Positions 10,251-20,032 of a stretch of 56,140 bases of DNA are shown here, one piece after another. Made by a program: the position numbers and the translations under genes. Location of the stretch: the IMG/VR virus record IMGVR_UViG_2563366805_000004, positions 1 through 56,140 of that record. The stretch is one strand, 5' to 3'. A model generated the notes under the pieces. That model was not told the DNA's origin, searched no databases, and saw only the letters and a program-made list of their open reading frames with translations. Source of the DNA: a virus (lineage: Duplodnaviria > Heunggongvirae > Uroviricota > Caudoviricetes). Position 1 is the first letter of the stretch. Each line of letters begins with the position of its first letter.

Positions 10251-11037
10251 GCAGCAAATTCGTCAACTGACAAACTACGAACCAGTGATCGGCATCATGG
10301 GTAAAACCGGTGTTGGGAAGAGCAGTCTGTGCAATGCCCTGTTTGCTGGAGAGGTATCGCCGGTCAGCGATGTGGCGGCCTGTACTCGTGAGCCACTGCG
10401 CTTTCGACTGCAAGTTGGCGACCGCCATATGACGCTGGTGGACCTGCCCGGCGTAGGCGAAAGTGGCGCTCGCGATATCGAGTATGCTGCGCTGTATCGC
10501 GAACAACTCCCCCGGCTCGACCTGGTGCTGTGGTTGATCAAGGCTGATGACCGGGCGCTGGCAGTAGATGAACACTTTTATCATCAGGTGATTGGGGAGG
10601 CATACCGGCATAAGGTGCTGTTTGTTATCAGCCAGTCGGATAAGGCCGAACCCACCAGCGGTGGGAGACCATTGTCCATCACGCAGAAGCAGAACATCAG
10701 CCGCAAAATCTGTCTGCTGCATGAGCTGTTCCAGCCCGTACATCCAGTATGTGCCGTGTCGGTCCGTCTTCAGTGGGGGCTGCGGGTGATGGCCGAGCGA
10801 ATGATTAAGTGTCTGCCACGTGAGGCCACCAGCCCGGTGGTGTCGCAACTCCAGCCTTCCTTTCGCACGACGTTAGTCCGGGAGCAGGCTCGTAGCGATT
10901 TTGGTGAAACCATCGGTGCTGTACTCGATAGCATCAGTGCCTTTCCCCTGATACCCGCCCCGGTGCGGGCCGTCATTCAGGCCGTGCGCACCACTGTGGT
11001 GTCAGTGGCCCGCGCCGTCTGGGATTTCTTCTTCTAA
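10174..11037 (+). CDS. yfjP: YfjP/YeeP/YkfA-family GTPase
   Basis: 287 aa; P-loop GIMGKTGVGKSSLCNAL and DLPG motif; length and order match the CP4-57 backbone. Confidence 0.85.
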   Translation: MNNSEGLKPFQQSLDGLPQWVSERVMQQIRQLTNYEPVIGIMGKTGVGKSSLCNALFAGEVSPVSDVAACTREPLRFRLQVGDRHMTLVDLPGVGESGARDIEYAALYREQLPRLDLVLWLIKADDRALAVDEHFYHQVIGEAYRHKVLFVISQSDKAEPTSGGRPLSITQKQNISRKICLLHELFQPVHPVCAVSVRLQWGLRVMAERMIKCLPREATSPVVSQLQPSFRTTLVREQARSDFGETIGAVLDSISAFPLIPAPVRAVIQAVRTTVVSVARAVWDFFF

Positions 11038-11128
11038 GTATTTAACCCATTCCTGTTATTTCCCTGACCCTGTCGCCGATGCGACGGGGATCCCTTTTAT
11101 TTGTTTTCCCGTTATGAGGAGTCTGCTT

Positions 11129-11950
11129 ATGACCCGTCTGGCTTCGCGCTTTGGCGCAGCAAATTTTATCCGTCGCGACCGCCCTTTAACCCGTGAGGAG
11201 CTGTTTCGCGTGGTGCCCAGTGTGTTCAGCGAGGACAAACATGAGTCCCGCAGTGAGCGTTATACCTATATACCCACCATATCCCTGCTGGGCAGCCTAC
11301 AGCGAGAAGGCTTCCAGCCATTCTTTGCCTGTCAGACCCGGGTACGTGACCCGGGTCGTCGGGAACACACAAAGCACATGCTGCGCCTGCGTCGGGAGGG
11401 ACAGATTACCGGTAAGCAGGTGCCGGAAATCATTTTGCTGAATTCACATGATGGCACCAGTTCGTACCAGATGTTGCCGGGACTATTTCGTGCGGTTTGT
11501 CAGAACGGGCTCGTCTGTGGTGAGTCATTTGGCGAGGTGCGGGTGCCGCACAAGGGGGACGTGGTAAGTCAAGTGATTGAAGGCGCGTATGAAGTGCTGG
11601 GCATTTTTGACCGTGTGGAGGAGAAGCGGGATGCGATGCAGTCGTTGCTGTTGCCGCCACCGGCGCAGCAGGCACTGGCAAAAGCCGCGCTGACGTACCG
11701 CTTTGGTGAAGACCACCAGCCGGTGACTGAATCGCAGATCCTCTCCCCGCGCCGCTGGCAGGATGAGAGTAACGACCTGTGGACCACGTATCAGCGTATT
11801 CAGGAGAACCTGATTAAGGGCGGGCTCAGTGGCCGTAATGCCAAAGGGGGACGGTCACATACCCGGGCCGTTCGCGGTATAGACGGGGACGTGAAACTTA
11901 ACCGGGCACTGTGGGTGATGGCGGAAGCGATGCTCACGCAACTGCGGTGA
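11129..11950 (+). CDS. yfjQ: YfjQ-like protein (DUF932 family)
   Basis: Start moved to MTRLASRFGAA (GAGGAG RBS 8 nt upstream); sequence matches recollected YfjQ/YeeQ N-terminus. Confidence 0.75.
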   Translation: MTRLASRFGAANFIRRDRPLTREELFRVVPSVFSEDKHESRSERYTYIPTISLLGSLQREGFQPFFACQTRVRDPGRREHTKHMLRLRREGQITGKQVPEIILLNSHDGTSSYQMLPGLFRAVCQNGLVCGESFGEVRVPHKGDVVSQVIEGAYEVLGIFDRVEEKRDAMQSLLLPPPAQQALAKAALTYRFGEDHQPVTESQILSPRRWQDESNDLWTTYQRIQENLIKGGLSGRNAKGGRSHTRAVRGIDGDVKLNRALWVMAEAMLTQLR

Positions 11951-12166
11951 CCGTTTCATGTTGCCACGTTGTTAATATCGGACACCACCTGTCCGCATTG
12001 CAACGTGCTGGCGGTCCTTACACACCGAGGGATGGCCTGTAACCCCCGCTACATCTGGCTTTTGCAGAAATAAAAAATAGTTTCTGTGGTGTCCATACCC
12101 TGTCCGCCCCCTTATTTAAAGTAATCACATCATTTTCAGTCAGTTAACTTCCACGGAGAACGTCTC

Positions 12167-12868
12167 ATGACACAGGCAGAACGCCGCCATGACCGGCTGG
12201 CTGTCAGACTGTCACTGATAATCAGCCGTCTGGTGGCGGGGGAAACGCTGAGTGTGCATAAGCTGGCCGCTGAGTTTGGTGTGTCGGTGCGCACGCTGCG
12301 GCGTGATTTTCGCGAGCGGCTGATGTATCTGGACCTGGAGTATCAGTCCGGATATTGCCGCTTACGTACTGCTGGCAGTGAAATGCAGATGGTGCCCGAC
12401 GTGCTTATCTTTGCTCACCGCAGCGGGCTGGCCGGACTTTTTCCAGGCCTTGACCGCCGTCTGGTGAACGCTCTGCTGATGTGCGATGAGTCTCCCTGCG
12501 TGATAGCACCAGCTAATCCGGTTCCTTCGCCCTCAGGAGCATTGTCTTTCTGGAGACTGATTCAGGCCATTACCGGGCGCAGGCGGGTGACGCTGATTGC
12601 GGAGGGGCGACGCTGTGAGCGCCTGGCTCCCTGCCGATTACTCATACACCAGCAGACCTGGTATCTGGTGGCTGAACACTACGGGCATATCGCCGTATTC
12701 ACACTTGATGAAATCCATCTGATTCATCCTTTGCAGGAGACTTTTCGCCGCAATGACAGTCTGTGCCGTCTGACTGAAGACCCGGTTTTCATTCAGGCCT
12801 TACCCCATTTTCGCTTTATCCAGCAGTCACTGCTTACGTTTGTTCCGGCTGACAGCCCACCGGAATAG
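12167..12868 (+). CDS. yfjR: YfjR-like HTH transcriptional regulator
   Basis: 233 aa; N-terminal HTH ([21 protein letters not shown]); position after yfjQ. Confidence 0.7.
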   Translation: MTQAERRHDRLAVRLSLIISRLVAGETLSVHKLAAEFGVSVRTLRRDFRERLMYLDLEYQSGYCRLRTAGSEMQMVPDVLIFAHRSGLAGLFPGLDRRLVNALLMCDESPCVIAPANPVPSPSGALSFWRLIQAITGRRRVTLIAEGRRCERLAPCRLLIHQQTWYLVAEHYGHIAVFTLDEIHLIHPLQETFRRNDSLCRLTEDPVFIQALPHFRFIQQSLLTFVPADSPPE

Positions 12869-12908
12869 CGTAGGCGTTGTTATCAACCCGGCAACAGGGA
12901 GGAACCCG

Positions 12909-13154
12909 ATGCCCGTTATTGCCATTATCGCCATTGTTGTTATCGTCATCATTCTGAACAAAACCGGGGTGTCCGACAGCCTCATCGCCCTGACGCTTGC
13001 CACCGTTGCCGCTCTGCTGACGGGCGGCGGTGCAGCCGGTGCTGCCAGTGTTGCACTGACGCCGTTCGTCGGTGTGCCGGTGGGTATTTTTGTGGGGATT
13101 TATGTCTTTGCCAAAGTGGTTCGTCTGATTTCAGGAAAAAATAATGAAACGTAA
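12909..13154 (+). CDS. Small hydrophobic membrane protein (YpjK-like)
   Basis: Start at MPVIAIIAIVV with GGGAGGAA RBS; two predicted TM segments. Confidence 0.5.
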   Translation: MPVIAIIAIVVIVIILNKTGVSDSLIALTLATVAALLTGGGAAGAASVALTPFVGVPVGIFVGIYVFAKVVRLISGKNNET

Positions 13155-13587
13155 AACACTACCTCTGCTGGGGCTGGTTGCCGCCACTCTGTTTCTGAGC
13201 GCCTGCGATGACAGGAGTGATGACCTCAAAGCTATCAGTAAATTTAAGGACCTCACGCCTCCGCGCTTCAGCGATGTTGTCAGCCGTCAGGATGATGTCA
13301 GCGAAGAATGGTCCCAGGTTGGCTTCTCATCCGGTCTCACCCTGCAGGTCTTACGTACCCGCCAGTCGCCCGATGGCTGCGAGGGAGGCAGTTACTACTA
13401 TCTGGTGGATATGGAGGAAAAAACCGTCCAGCCGCTGATGAATGCGCTATGTATTGCCGACAACATCAGCCTGGAATACCACGAGAAAACTGACCCGCGC
13501 ACCCGGGAGCGTTTCCTTGAATATTCCCATGACGGCAAACTGATGGGACGGCTGCTGATACCCTCAAATCCTGATAACCGGGAATAA
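13144..13587 (+). CDS. yfjS: YfjS-like lipoprotein
   Basis: 147 aa; signal peptide with lipobox LFLSAC. Confidence 0.65.
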   Translation: MKRKTLPLLGLVAATLFLSACDDRSDDLKAISKFKDLTPPRFSDVVSRQDDVSEEWSQVGFSSGLTLQVLRTRQSPDGCEGGSYYYLVDMEEKTVQPLMNALCIADNISLEYHEKTDPRTRERFLEYSHDGKLMGRLLIPSNPDNRE

Positions 13588-13610
13588 ATACAAAGACAAA
13601 GGAGACAGAA

Positions 13611-14078
13611 ATGAAAGTACGTTCACTAAGCCGGTATGTGCTCTCAGGCGTGCTGCTTACCAGCTTTAATGCCTCAGCGGTTCCCGGACTATGGCAGCAG
13701 GGTTATGGCCAGGGCAATGCGGAATACAGCGTGACGGATGGCAGCGGAAAGATATTTACCATCAACTGCACGGAAAATCCGGACCAGAACGGTATTTACC
13801 AGCACTCGGTTTTTCTGACCCTCGCAGGGGATAAAACGATCAGCTCGCATGATGACAGTACCGACATCACAGTGGTGATGGACCATAAGCAATATGCCAT
13901 TCCCTCAACCCTTGGCTGGCGTAACGGGGATAATGCCTGGTTTAGTTTCATCATGGATATCCGTAAGGCCAGTCAGTTCGACGTCTACGTTAATGACCGC
14001 AAAGCGGGGACCTTCAGCGTTGACCTGACGAACGCTACGAAAGCACTGCCAACATTAGCAGACTGCACTAACGAGTGA
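13611..14078 (+). CDS. yfjT: YfjT-like secreted protein
   Basis: 155 aa; N-terminal signal peptide (LLTSFNASA); position after yfjS. Confidence 0.6.
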   Translation: MKVRSLSRYVLSGVLLTSFNASAVPGLWQQGYGQGNAEYSVTDGSGKIFTINCTENPDQNGIYQHSVFLTLAGDKTISSHDDSTDITVVMDHKQYAIPSTLGWRNGDNAWFSFIMDIRKASQFDVYVNDRKAGTFSVDLTNATKALPTLADCTNE

Positions 14079-14107
14079 CAGTTGTGCTTTCCATCCATAA
14101 CAACATA

Positions 14108-14141
14108 CCTGACTGCCAGGAGCAGTCAGGGTTTATTTTTT
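14108..14141 (+). terminator. Rho-independent terminator downstream of yfjT-like gene
   Basis: cctgactg / cagtcagg 8-bp stem followed by gtttatttttt. Confidence 0.6.
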
Positions 14142-14275
14142 CCTTTTTATTTCCACCGATTAGTCCAGGCACTTCCGAATGACGATCACAGTGGCCAGTT
14201 TTAGTTGACTATATAGCAATGATAAAATAATCACGTGTTATGTTGAGATTGTTTATTTAGCGGTTGAGAGAAACT

Positions 14276-14464
14276 ATGGATAAAATTTGTGATAAGTGTG
14301 CACACATGATGAGTGCATGCACCTGTGGAACTTGTGAGAACTGTGACGAGAAAGAGTCGGACTGCACCTGCAAAAAATGTAGCCAGTGCAATAAACTTGA
14401 GGACTTCTGCTCTTGCAGAGTTTGTGAAGAATGTAGTGAAAAAGAAGCAGAGTGCTGCTGTTAA
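14276..14464 (+). CDS. Cysteine-rich small protein (62 aa) with three ~15-aa CxCxxCxxC repeats
   Basis: MDKICDKCAHMMSACTCGTCENCDEKESDCTCKKCSQCNKLEDFCSCRVCEECSEKEAECCC; strongly periodic Cys spacing with TGT/TGC codons; GAGAGA RBS-like sequence upstream. Confidence 0.45.
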   Translation: MDKICDKCAHMMSACTCGTCENCDEKESDCTCKKCSQCNKLEDFCSCRVCEECSEKEAECCC

Positions 14465-14699
14465 AATGTTAACAATACAGGCTGCAGGAGCTGCCTGCCT
14501 GCAGCTTCGATTGCCGACGTCAACCGCTCCCAGTTGGTTAGGGTACTTCGATTCTTGCAACAATCGCTGGACTCACAGCACAAAGCGGACAAACTTTCTA
14601 AACCAAAGGTCCGCTGAGAGCGAGAATCAGACGTTACTAAGACATTACGTACACCACGGCGCCTTAGTCGACTGGAAATAGGTATTCCTACCATAAGGT

Positions 14700-16322
14700 T
14701 CATTCTTCCTCATGATAATCGCTCTTGCTCCATAATGGCTTGATAGCGTGATAGGCGCCACTGAATGGACATTTAGAATTTTTGTTCCGCTGGATTCGGA
14801 GCAAATCATCAATATCCTTTTCGATGATTTTTTTTACCTGTGAATGGTATCGCTGAAGTGAGACATCACTAATGGACTTTTCAAAGCGGAGGCTGGTGTC
14901 TTGATTCACAAGATCGTAAACACCGTCTTTTATTTTCATTCTGTTGCCTTCAGGGATGCCCATTTTCAGGTCATAGCATTTCAACCCGGCCAGACGGACT
15001 TCGACACCGACGCGCTCAGTACGTGTTTTCTTGTGGCTAATCAGAAGCACTTTATTGTTTTCGTACCATTTTTCAAAGGATTGCACTATATCTCTGTTCT
15101 TTTGTTGGTTGCCTTGAGAAGCGCTGTAAAAATGATAACTGTTCGAACTATAGACGTGACGTTCCCGGTCGGAGATTTGCGGAATGGTACCTTTCTGCCT
15201 GCGCATCTGGTCGGCAGGCTGCTCATAAATACGTAGTAAGCAGTCTGCGAGAGAGTCTGAAGCATCATGCAACGTATTGGTCTGGATGAGTTTCAGGAGG
15301 GTATCTCGCTTGATTGAAATCTGGCAATAATCGCTCTCCCAAGCCACTGTCGGTTGCTGCTCTTCCCCTTCTGAAGAGGTGGTGATATCAGGCGTAACAG
15401 TGGTGAATTTCCAGACAAATGGTGTTGATTGCGAATATTTGAAATACATCTGAAGCTCAGCCAGCCACTGTATGATCTCCGAAGCATAAATGCCCACATA
15501 CTGGTCGAACAGATATTCGGCGTACTGAGGTGCGCACTGTTCAACAATCCTTTCAATGAACTCAACACGCCCTTCATCGTTAATTAACTTTATTATTTTA
15601 TGGAATACGCCGTTCTTCCGCCTTTCTCCTATCAGAAAATTTGTGTGAACTTTTTCAAATTCGGACAGCCAGTCGGGAGTAACAATGCCGGCATCATGCA
15701 AAGCGGTAATTAAGTTGTAAATTGCATCAGCAAGTATCGGAAGTGAATCTATTTTGTGGAAATCGTTCAATCGGGAAAGTAGCTCCTGGCTGCATGAGTG
15801 CGCAATGGAAAGGTCCTGATGGCAGTAGCCTTTTCGTGCCTGAGGCGGGATTGGCGAACAATGTGTCGGGCCCTCGGCCAAGATGGCAAACATATCATCG
15901 TGAATAAACTGCTCCAGAAGTTTGCTTTGTTCCGTAAAGCGGAACCCCTGCTCTGTTGGCTGCCGGTTCATCTCTCTCCAGGTCTTCAGACTGACCTTGC
16001 CATCATCAAAACCGGCATAGAGTTGATGCATGAAAATGAGTGCATCCATGAGGCTGTCCTGCTTTTGTTCCTTAAAATGAAACTCATATGTGTTCTGAGA
16101 GTAGATTTTGTTGATTTTATTGCTCTGGGCTCGCAGCTTTGTCAGTACCTTGTGCTGCTCATCAAACCACTTGCTGAATTCAGTATCTTCATTCAGTTGC
16201 CGGGCCTTAAGGATGAGGAGAAGTATCTGTTCGCTGATTGCATCATAAATGTTCGGGAAAGGGTTGGCGGCACCAGAAAGAAACGTGCAGAACAGAGACT
16301 TGTTATGTTCAGAATGGTGCAT
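14700..16322 (-). CDS. Hypothetical 540-aa protein, AT-rich (positional equivalent of CP4-57 yfjW)
   Basis: Long uninterrupted ORF in a visibly AT-rich segment with AT-rich promoter-like region upstream (16323-16660); no motif recognised by eye. Confidence 0.6.
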   Translation of the reverse strand: MHHSEHNKSLFCTFLSGAANPFPNIYDAISEQILLLILKARQLNEDTEFSKWFDEQHKVLTKLRAQSNKINKIYSQNTYEFHFKEQKQDSLMDALIFMHQLYAGFDDGKVSLKTWREMNRQPTEQGFRFTEQSKLLEQFIHDDMFAILAEGPTHCSPIPPQARKGYCHQDLSIAHSCSQELLSRLNDFHKIDSLPILADAIYNLITALHDAGIVTPDWLSEFEKVHTNFLIGERRKNGVFHKIIKLINDEGRVEFIERIVEQCAPQYAEYLFDQYVGIYASEIIQWLAELQMYFKYSQSTPFVWKFTTVTPDITTSSEGEEQQPTVAWESDYCQISIKRDTLLKLIQTNTLHDASDSLADCLLRIYEQPADQMRRQKGTIPQISDRERHVYSSNSYHFYSASQGNQQKNRDIVQSFEKWYENNKVLLISHKKTRTERVGVEVRLAGLKCYDLKMGIPEGNRMKIKDGVYDLVNQDTSLRFEKSISDVSLQRYHSQVKKIIEKDIDDLLRIQRNKNSKCPFSGAYHAIKPLWSKSDYHEEE

Positions 16323-16667
16323 TCGGACCTCTTTTTTGTGATATTTATCACAATTTATGATTATGTTTATGCCGTTCAGCTGAAGAGAAAATTGATAAAG
16401 CTGGCCATTTCAACACCGCCGCCTGTGTTTTCATCTAAAAATCATAGCAGAATGATTATAAAAATCACGAAAATTATCTATTTGATTTTAAATTGTGACT
16501 TTTCTTTACCAAAAAACGAAAAATAAAAAAAATTGATAAATTAACAACGTGGAATTTTAAAATTAATCAATTTAATAAAATAATTAACTAACTTGATTTT
16601 TTTATCGCCATATACCATTGTGTCTTCAGCGGGGTGTGTTGCCTCGCATTTCATGAGGGTGATAGAC

Positions 16668-17108
16668 ATGAGTGAAGTAACGACGCAGGATATTGATGAT
16701 GCATTGGAGCGAGCCCAGACGTTGAAAGATATAGCTGAGGAGTTCGTCGATATCGCTGATGGCATCAATAATGCTGAGCGTATCAGATTGGAGGAAGAGC
16801 GTGATATCGACATTGATAGCTCACGCTGGGTTCCTCTGGATGACATCCCACTGGGTGAAGAAGTGCTTCGAGTGAAAGATGATACGCCTAGCCTAGAAAG
16901 CGCAATCCAGACGCTGGAAAACCTGGCTGAAGGTAAAATTCCTGCTGCTGATATCATCGAAAAATTCCAAGAGGCGATGGAAGACCTGGAAACTGTCGAA
17001 GGTACGCTTCAAGATGTAGGCGCAGAAGAAGTCATCAAAGCCTCTCAAGCACCTTACGAAAATGACTTCGACGATGAGCAGGATGACGGGGAATACAGTG
17101 AAGAGTAG
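16668..17108 (+). CDS. Highly acidic small protein (~146 aa)
   Basis: Start at MSEVTTQDIDD; extremely D/E-rich throughout (…ENDFDDEQDDGEYSEE at C-terminus). Confidence 0.6.
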   Translation: MSEVTTQDIDDALERAQTLKDIAEEFVDIADGINNAERIRLEEERDIDIDSSRWVPLDDIPLGEEVLRVKDDTPSLESAIQTLENLAEGKIPAADIIEKFQEAMEDLETVEGTLQDVGAEEVIKASQAPYENDFDDEQDDGEYSEE

Positions 17109-17284
17109 GACAATTAACGGGTATGGCTACCCGTTCAACTTGAACCGCTCCATGTAGTTTGAATTCACGGGCCTGCTATTAAAGTCAGGCCCTGAATTTT
17201 TAAACAACACATGATAATCCTGCGTATTAAGGAACGTCCGCCAATGGCACAGAATGGTCTATCAGCATTATAAAAGTATTCAGA

Positions 17285-17445
17285 TATATATCATTCCTCT
17301 GAACATACCCGATTAGCGGCAGAAACTCACGATTCTGCCGCTTTTTTATTATTTTTCTGAGGAGTAATAATGAACAGTTCTGAAGATTTAAACTCGTTTC
17401 ACCAATCGTTTTATGACCTACCTCAGTGGGTATCGGCTGATTGCG
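17285..17445 (+). repeat. Copy B of ~160-bp direct repeat (see 10091-10250)
   Basis: Near-identical leader, RBS and first ~25 codons of the yfjP-type gene; homology ends inside the ORF. Confidence 0.6.
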
Positions 17446-17654
17446 CAGCAGGGCTACTGGTACCTGTCGGTATCACCGGCATTAACATTGAAGACGACCA
17501 GGGCAGTCACGTCCGCATGATAGTTTGCGATGCCGAAGGTCGGATGGCTGGCAGGCATGGAACTTTTAACCGGAAGCCGGTGAAGGTCTTAACCGCTATA
17601 TCTCCAAGCCAGATATCTTTACGGACTTATTCACCCATTACCAGCAACATTTAA
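17370..17654 (+). pseudogene. Truncated yfjP/yeeP-type GTPase remnant
   Basis: N-terminus MNSSEDLNSFHQSFYDLPQWVS parallels MNNSEGLKPFQQSLDGLPQWVS of the intact gene, but no P-loop follows and the ORF is only 94 aa. Confidence 0.55.
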
Positions 17655-17728
17655 CCTTCCCGAACACACATTATTACTCCATACGCCAGCCATCGCCGCT
17701 GGCGTTTTTTATTGACGGAGACATACCC

Positions 17729-18187
17729 ATGACAACAGCGGCACAAAACAATCTTGCATCTGCTAACGAGTCCGAATTTGAACTGACCGTAACGCAGGTA
17801 CCTGACGAACAGCGTCTCGATTTCTGGCCGCAGCACTTTGGCGCTATCCCGCAGTGGATAACGCTGGAACCCCATATTTTCGCCTGGATGGACCGCTTCT
17901 GTGATGAGTACTGCGGGGGTATCTGGTCCTTTTACACGCTCAGCAATGGCGGCGCGTTTATGGCCCCAGATGCTGAGAGTGGCGATAAATGGCACCTGTG
18001 CAACAGCATGAACGGCAATGGTGCGCAAATGAGCGCGGAAGCCGCAGGTATCGCTGTCTGCCTGATTGAATACAGCCATCACGCCTGTCGCACCGAATGT
18101 GATGCCATGACTGAGCACTATTACCGCCTGCGGGATTACGCCCTGCAGCACCCTGAATCCAGCGCCATTCTGAGCATTATTGATTGA
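17729..18187 (+). CDS. yfjX: Antirestriction protein (YfjX/KlcA/ArdB-like)
   Basis: 152 aa; conserved position and length in CP4-type islands. Confidence 0.8.
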   Translation: MTTAAQNNLASANESEFELTVTQVPDEQRLDFWPQHFGAIPQWITLEPHIFAWMDRFCDEYCGGIWSFYTLSNGGAFMAPDAESGDKWHLCNSMNGNGAQMSAEAAGIAVCLIEYSHHACRTECDAMTEHYYRLRDYALQHPESSAILSIID

Positions 18188-18678
18188 GGATACTCATGAT
18201 GGAACAGTCACTTACCCCACTGGCTCCGGTACTCCCACTGAGCGCTCAACGCACTGTGCAACATGCCCTGGCCCTGCTTGACCGCCACCTGCGCGAAACA
18301 GGCGTGGCATTCACTTCCACTCAGGCTGCCCGTGACTGGCTGAAACTGAAAATGGCGGGACTGGAGCGCGAAGAGTTTATGGTGCTGTACCTGAACCAGC
18401 AGAACCGGTTGATTGCCCACGAAACCCTATTTGTCGGTTCCATTAGCAGTACCGAGGTACATCCCCGTGAGGTGGTCAAACGCGCCCTGTACTTCAATGC
18501 GGCAGCAGTGATATTGGCTCATAACCATCCCTCCGGCGACACCTCGCCCAGCAAGGCAGATAAGACCATCACGCAGCGTCTGGTGCAGGCGCTCCAGCTC
18601 GTTGATATCCGTGTGCCTGACCACCTTATCGTTGGTGGCACGCAGATATTGTCGTTCGCTGAACACGGTCTGCTTTGA
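18184..18678 (+). CDS. yfjY: RadC-like JAB/MPN domain protein
   Basis: JAMM-like motif AHNHPSGDTSPSKAD; ATGA overlap with preceding gene. Confidence 0.85.
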   Translation: MRILMMEQSLTPLAPVLPLSAQRTVQHALALLDRHLRETGVAFTSTQAARDWLKLKMAGLEREEFMVLYLNQQNRLIAHETLFVGSISSTEVHPREVVKRALYFNAAAVILAHNHPSGDTSPSKADKTITQRLVQALQLVDIRVPDHLIVGGTQILSFAEHGLL

Positions 18679-18686
18679 GGTCTGCC

Positions 18687-18908
18687 ATGAAAATTATCAG
18701 TAAACGCCGGGCGATGACGATTTACCGTCAGCATCCGGCTTCCCGCATTTTTCGCTACTGCACCGGCAGATACCAGTGGCACGGCAGTGTCTGTCATTAC
18801 ACCGGTCTTGTAGTTCCTGACATTCCCGGTGTGCTGGCGATATACGCCGAACGCCGCCAGGACCGCAACGGGCCCTATGCCTGTCTGATGAGTATCACCC
18901 TGAACTGA
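18687..18908 (+). CDS. DUF987 protein (YeeT/YkfH/YpjJ-like)
   Basis: Start at MKIISKRRAMTIYRQ; conserved position between RadC-like and antitoxin genes. Confidence 0.6.
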   Translation: MKIISKRRAMTIYRQHPASRIFRYCTGRYQWHGSVCHYTGLVVPDIPGVLAIYAERRQDRNGPYACLMSITLN

Positions 18909-18925
18909 CAATAAAGGAAAAGCTG

Positions 18926-19246
18926 ATGAGGAGTAACGCTACATGGGGACTGCAACGTGATATCACACCGCGTCTGGGAGCCCGTCTGGTGCAGGAGGGC
19001 AACCGGCTGCACTATCTGGCTGACCGGGCAAGTATCACAGGTAAGTTTAGTGATGCCGAATGCCTGAAGTTGGATGCCGCATTTCCGCATTTTATCAGTC
19101 AGATGGAATCGATGCTGACCACTGGTGAAATGAACTCTCGCCATGCCCACTGCGCCATCCTGTATCACAACGGCTTTACCTGCGAAGCCGATACTCTTGG
19201 TAGTTGCGGCTACGTATACATCGCCATTTATTCCACTCAACGCTAA
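18926..19246 (+). CDS. yfjZ: Type IV TA antitoxin CbeA/YeeU/YfjZ family
   Basis: Near-identical to recollected YeeU (…[20 protein letters not shown]…[19 protein letters not shown]…). Confidence 0.85.
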   Translation: MRSNATWGLQRDITPRLGARLVQEGNRLHYLADRASITGKFSDAECLKLDAAFPHFISQMESMLTTGEMNSRHAHCAILYHNGFTCEADTLGSCGYVYIAIYSTQR

Positions 19247-19266
19247 CAAATTTCACGAGAGCAAAC

Positions 19267-19596
19267 ATGAAAACTCTACCTGCTACAATTTCGCGGGCGG
19301 CGAAGCCCTGTCTGACGCCCGTGGCTGCCTGGCAAATGTTACTGACACGTCTGCTAGAACAGCACTATGGCCTGACACTGAACGACACGCCGTTCAGTGA
19401 TGAAACTGTTATTAAGGAACATATTGATGCAGGGATCACCCTGGCCGATGCAGTCAACTTTCTGGTGGATAAGTACGAACTAGTTCGTATCGACCGGAAG
19501 GGATTTTCGTGGCAAGAGCAGACCCCGTATCTTTCCGTAGTGGATATTCTGCGAGCAAGGCGCTCTACCGGATTGCTAAAAGCCAAGGTGAAATAA
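19267..19596 (+). CDS. ypjF: Type IV TA toxin CbtA/YeeV/YpjF family
   Basis: Start at [12 protein letters not shown]; [14 protein letters not shown] and DAVNFLV motifs match CbtA family. Confidence 0.8.
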   Translation: MKTLPATISRAAKPCLTPVAAWQMLLTRLLEQHYGLTLNDTPFSDETVIKEHIDAGITLADAVNFLVDKYELVRIDRKGFSWQEQTPYLSVVDILRARRSTGLLKAKVK

Positions 19597-19928
19597 ACGC
19601 TTAAATACAGAGCAGACTAAAGGAAAGCAACATGCTAATCTCACAGACGAAGAAGCTCCTGCTGTAACCTCCCCTCCCCTGCAAAAAAACCTGACATTTT
19701 CTTTTAGGACCAACAATAGGACCAAAATAAAATTTGAATTGAAAGTTAAAAATTATAAAACAACAAGTTACACAACCAATTCAGACTCCGCCAGCCCAAT
19801 CATGATTGGACGGTGTAAGGACAACACCAACAAAAACAGGAAGTTAGCAGTCTCAGCAGGACACCGACCAGACGGTGAGGAGACAAAAAAGGATACGCAA
19901 AGGAGCCGCGGCTCTCGAGTGACACAAA

Positions 19929-19956
19929 AGCCCGCTTATGCGGGCTTTTTGTTTTT
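19929..19956 (+). terminator. Rho-independent terminator
   Basis: agcccgc ttat gcgggct hairpin followed by tttttgttttt. Confidence 0.6.
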
Positions 19957-20032
19957 CCCTTAAGTTCCTAGCCGCTTATCTATAACTATGGAAAAATGTT
20001 AACCCTGACTGTATGTTAACAAAGGGATGTAT

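Noticed and set aside
15798-16526. 242-aa plus-strand ORF overlapping the start of the 540-aa gene
   Set aside because: Overlaps the longer minus-strand ORF by more than 500 bp and extends into the AT-rich promoter region; low-complexity hydrophobic translation.
19739-19963. 74-aa plus-strand ORF downstream of the CbtA-like toxin
   Set aside because: Low-complexity Lys/Asn/Thr-rich translation ending inside the terminator hairpin; more likely a non-coding AT-rich spacer, although a yeeW-like remnant cannot be excluded.
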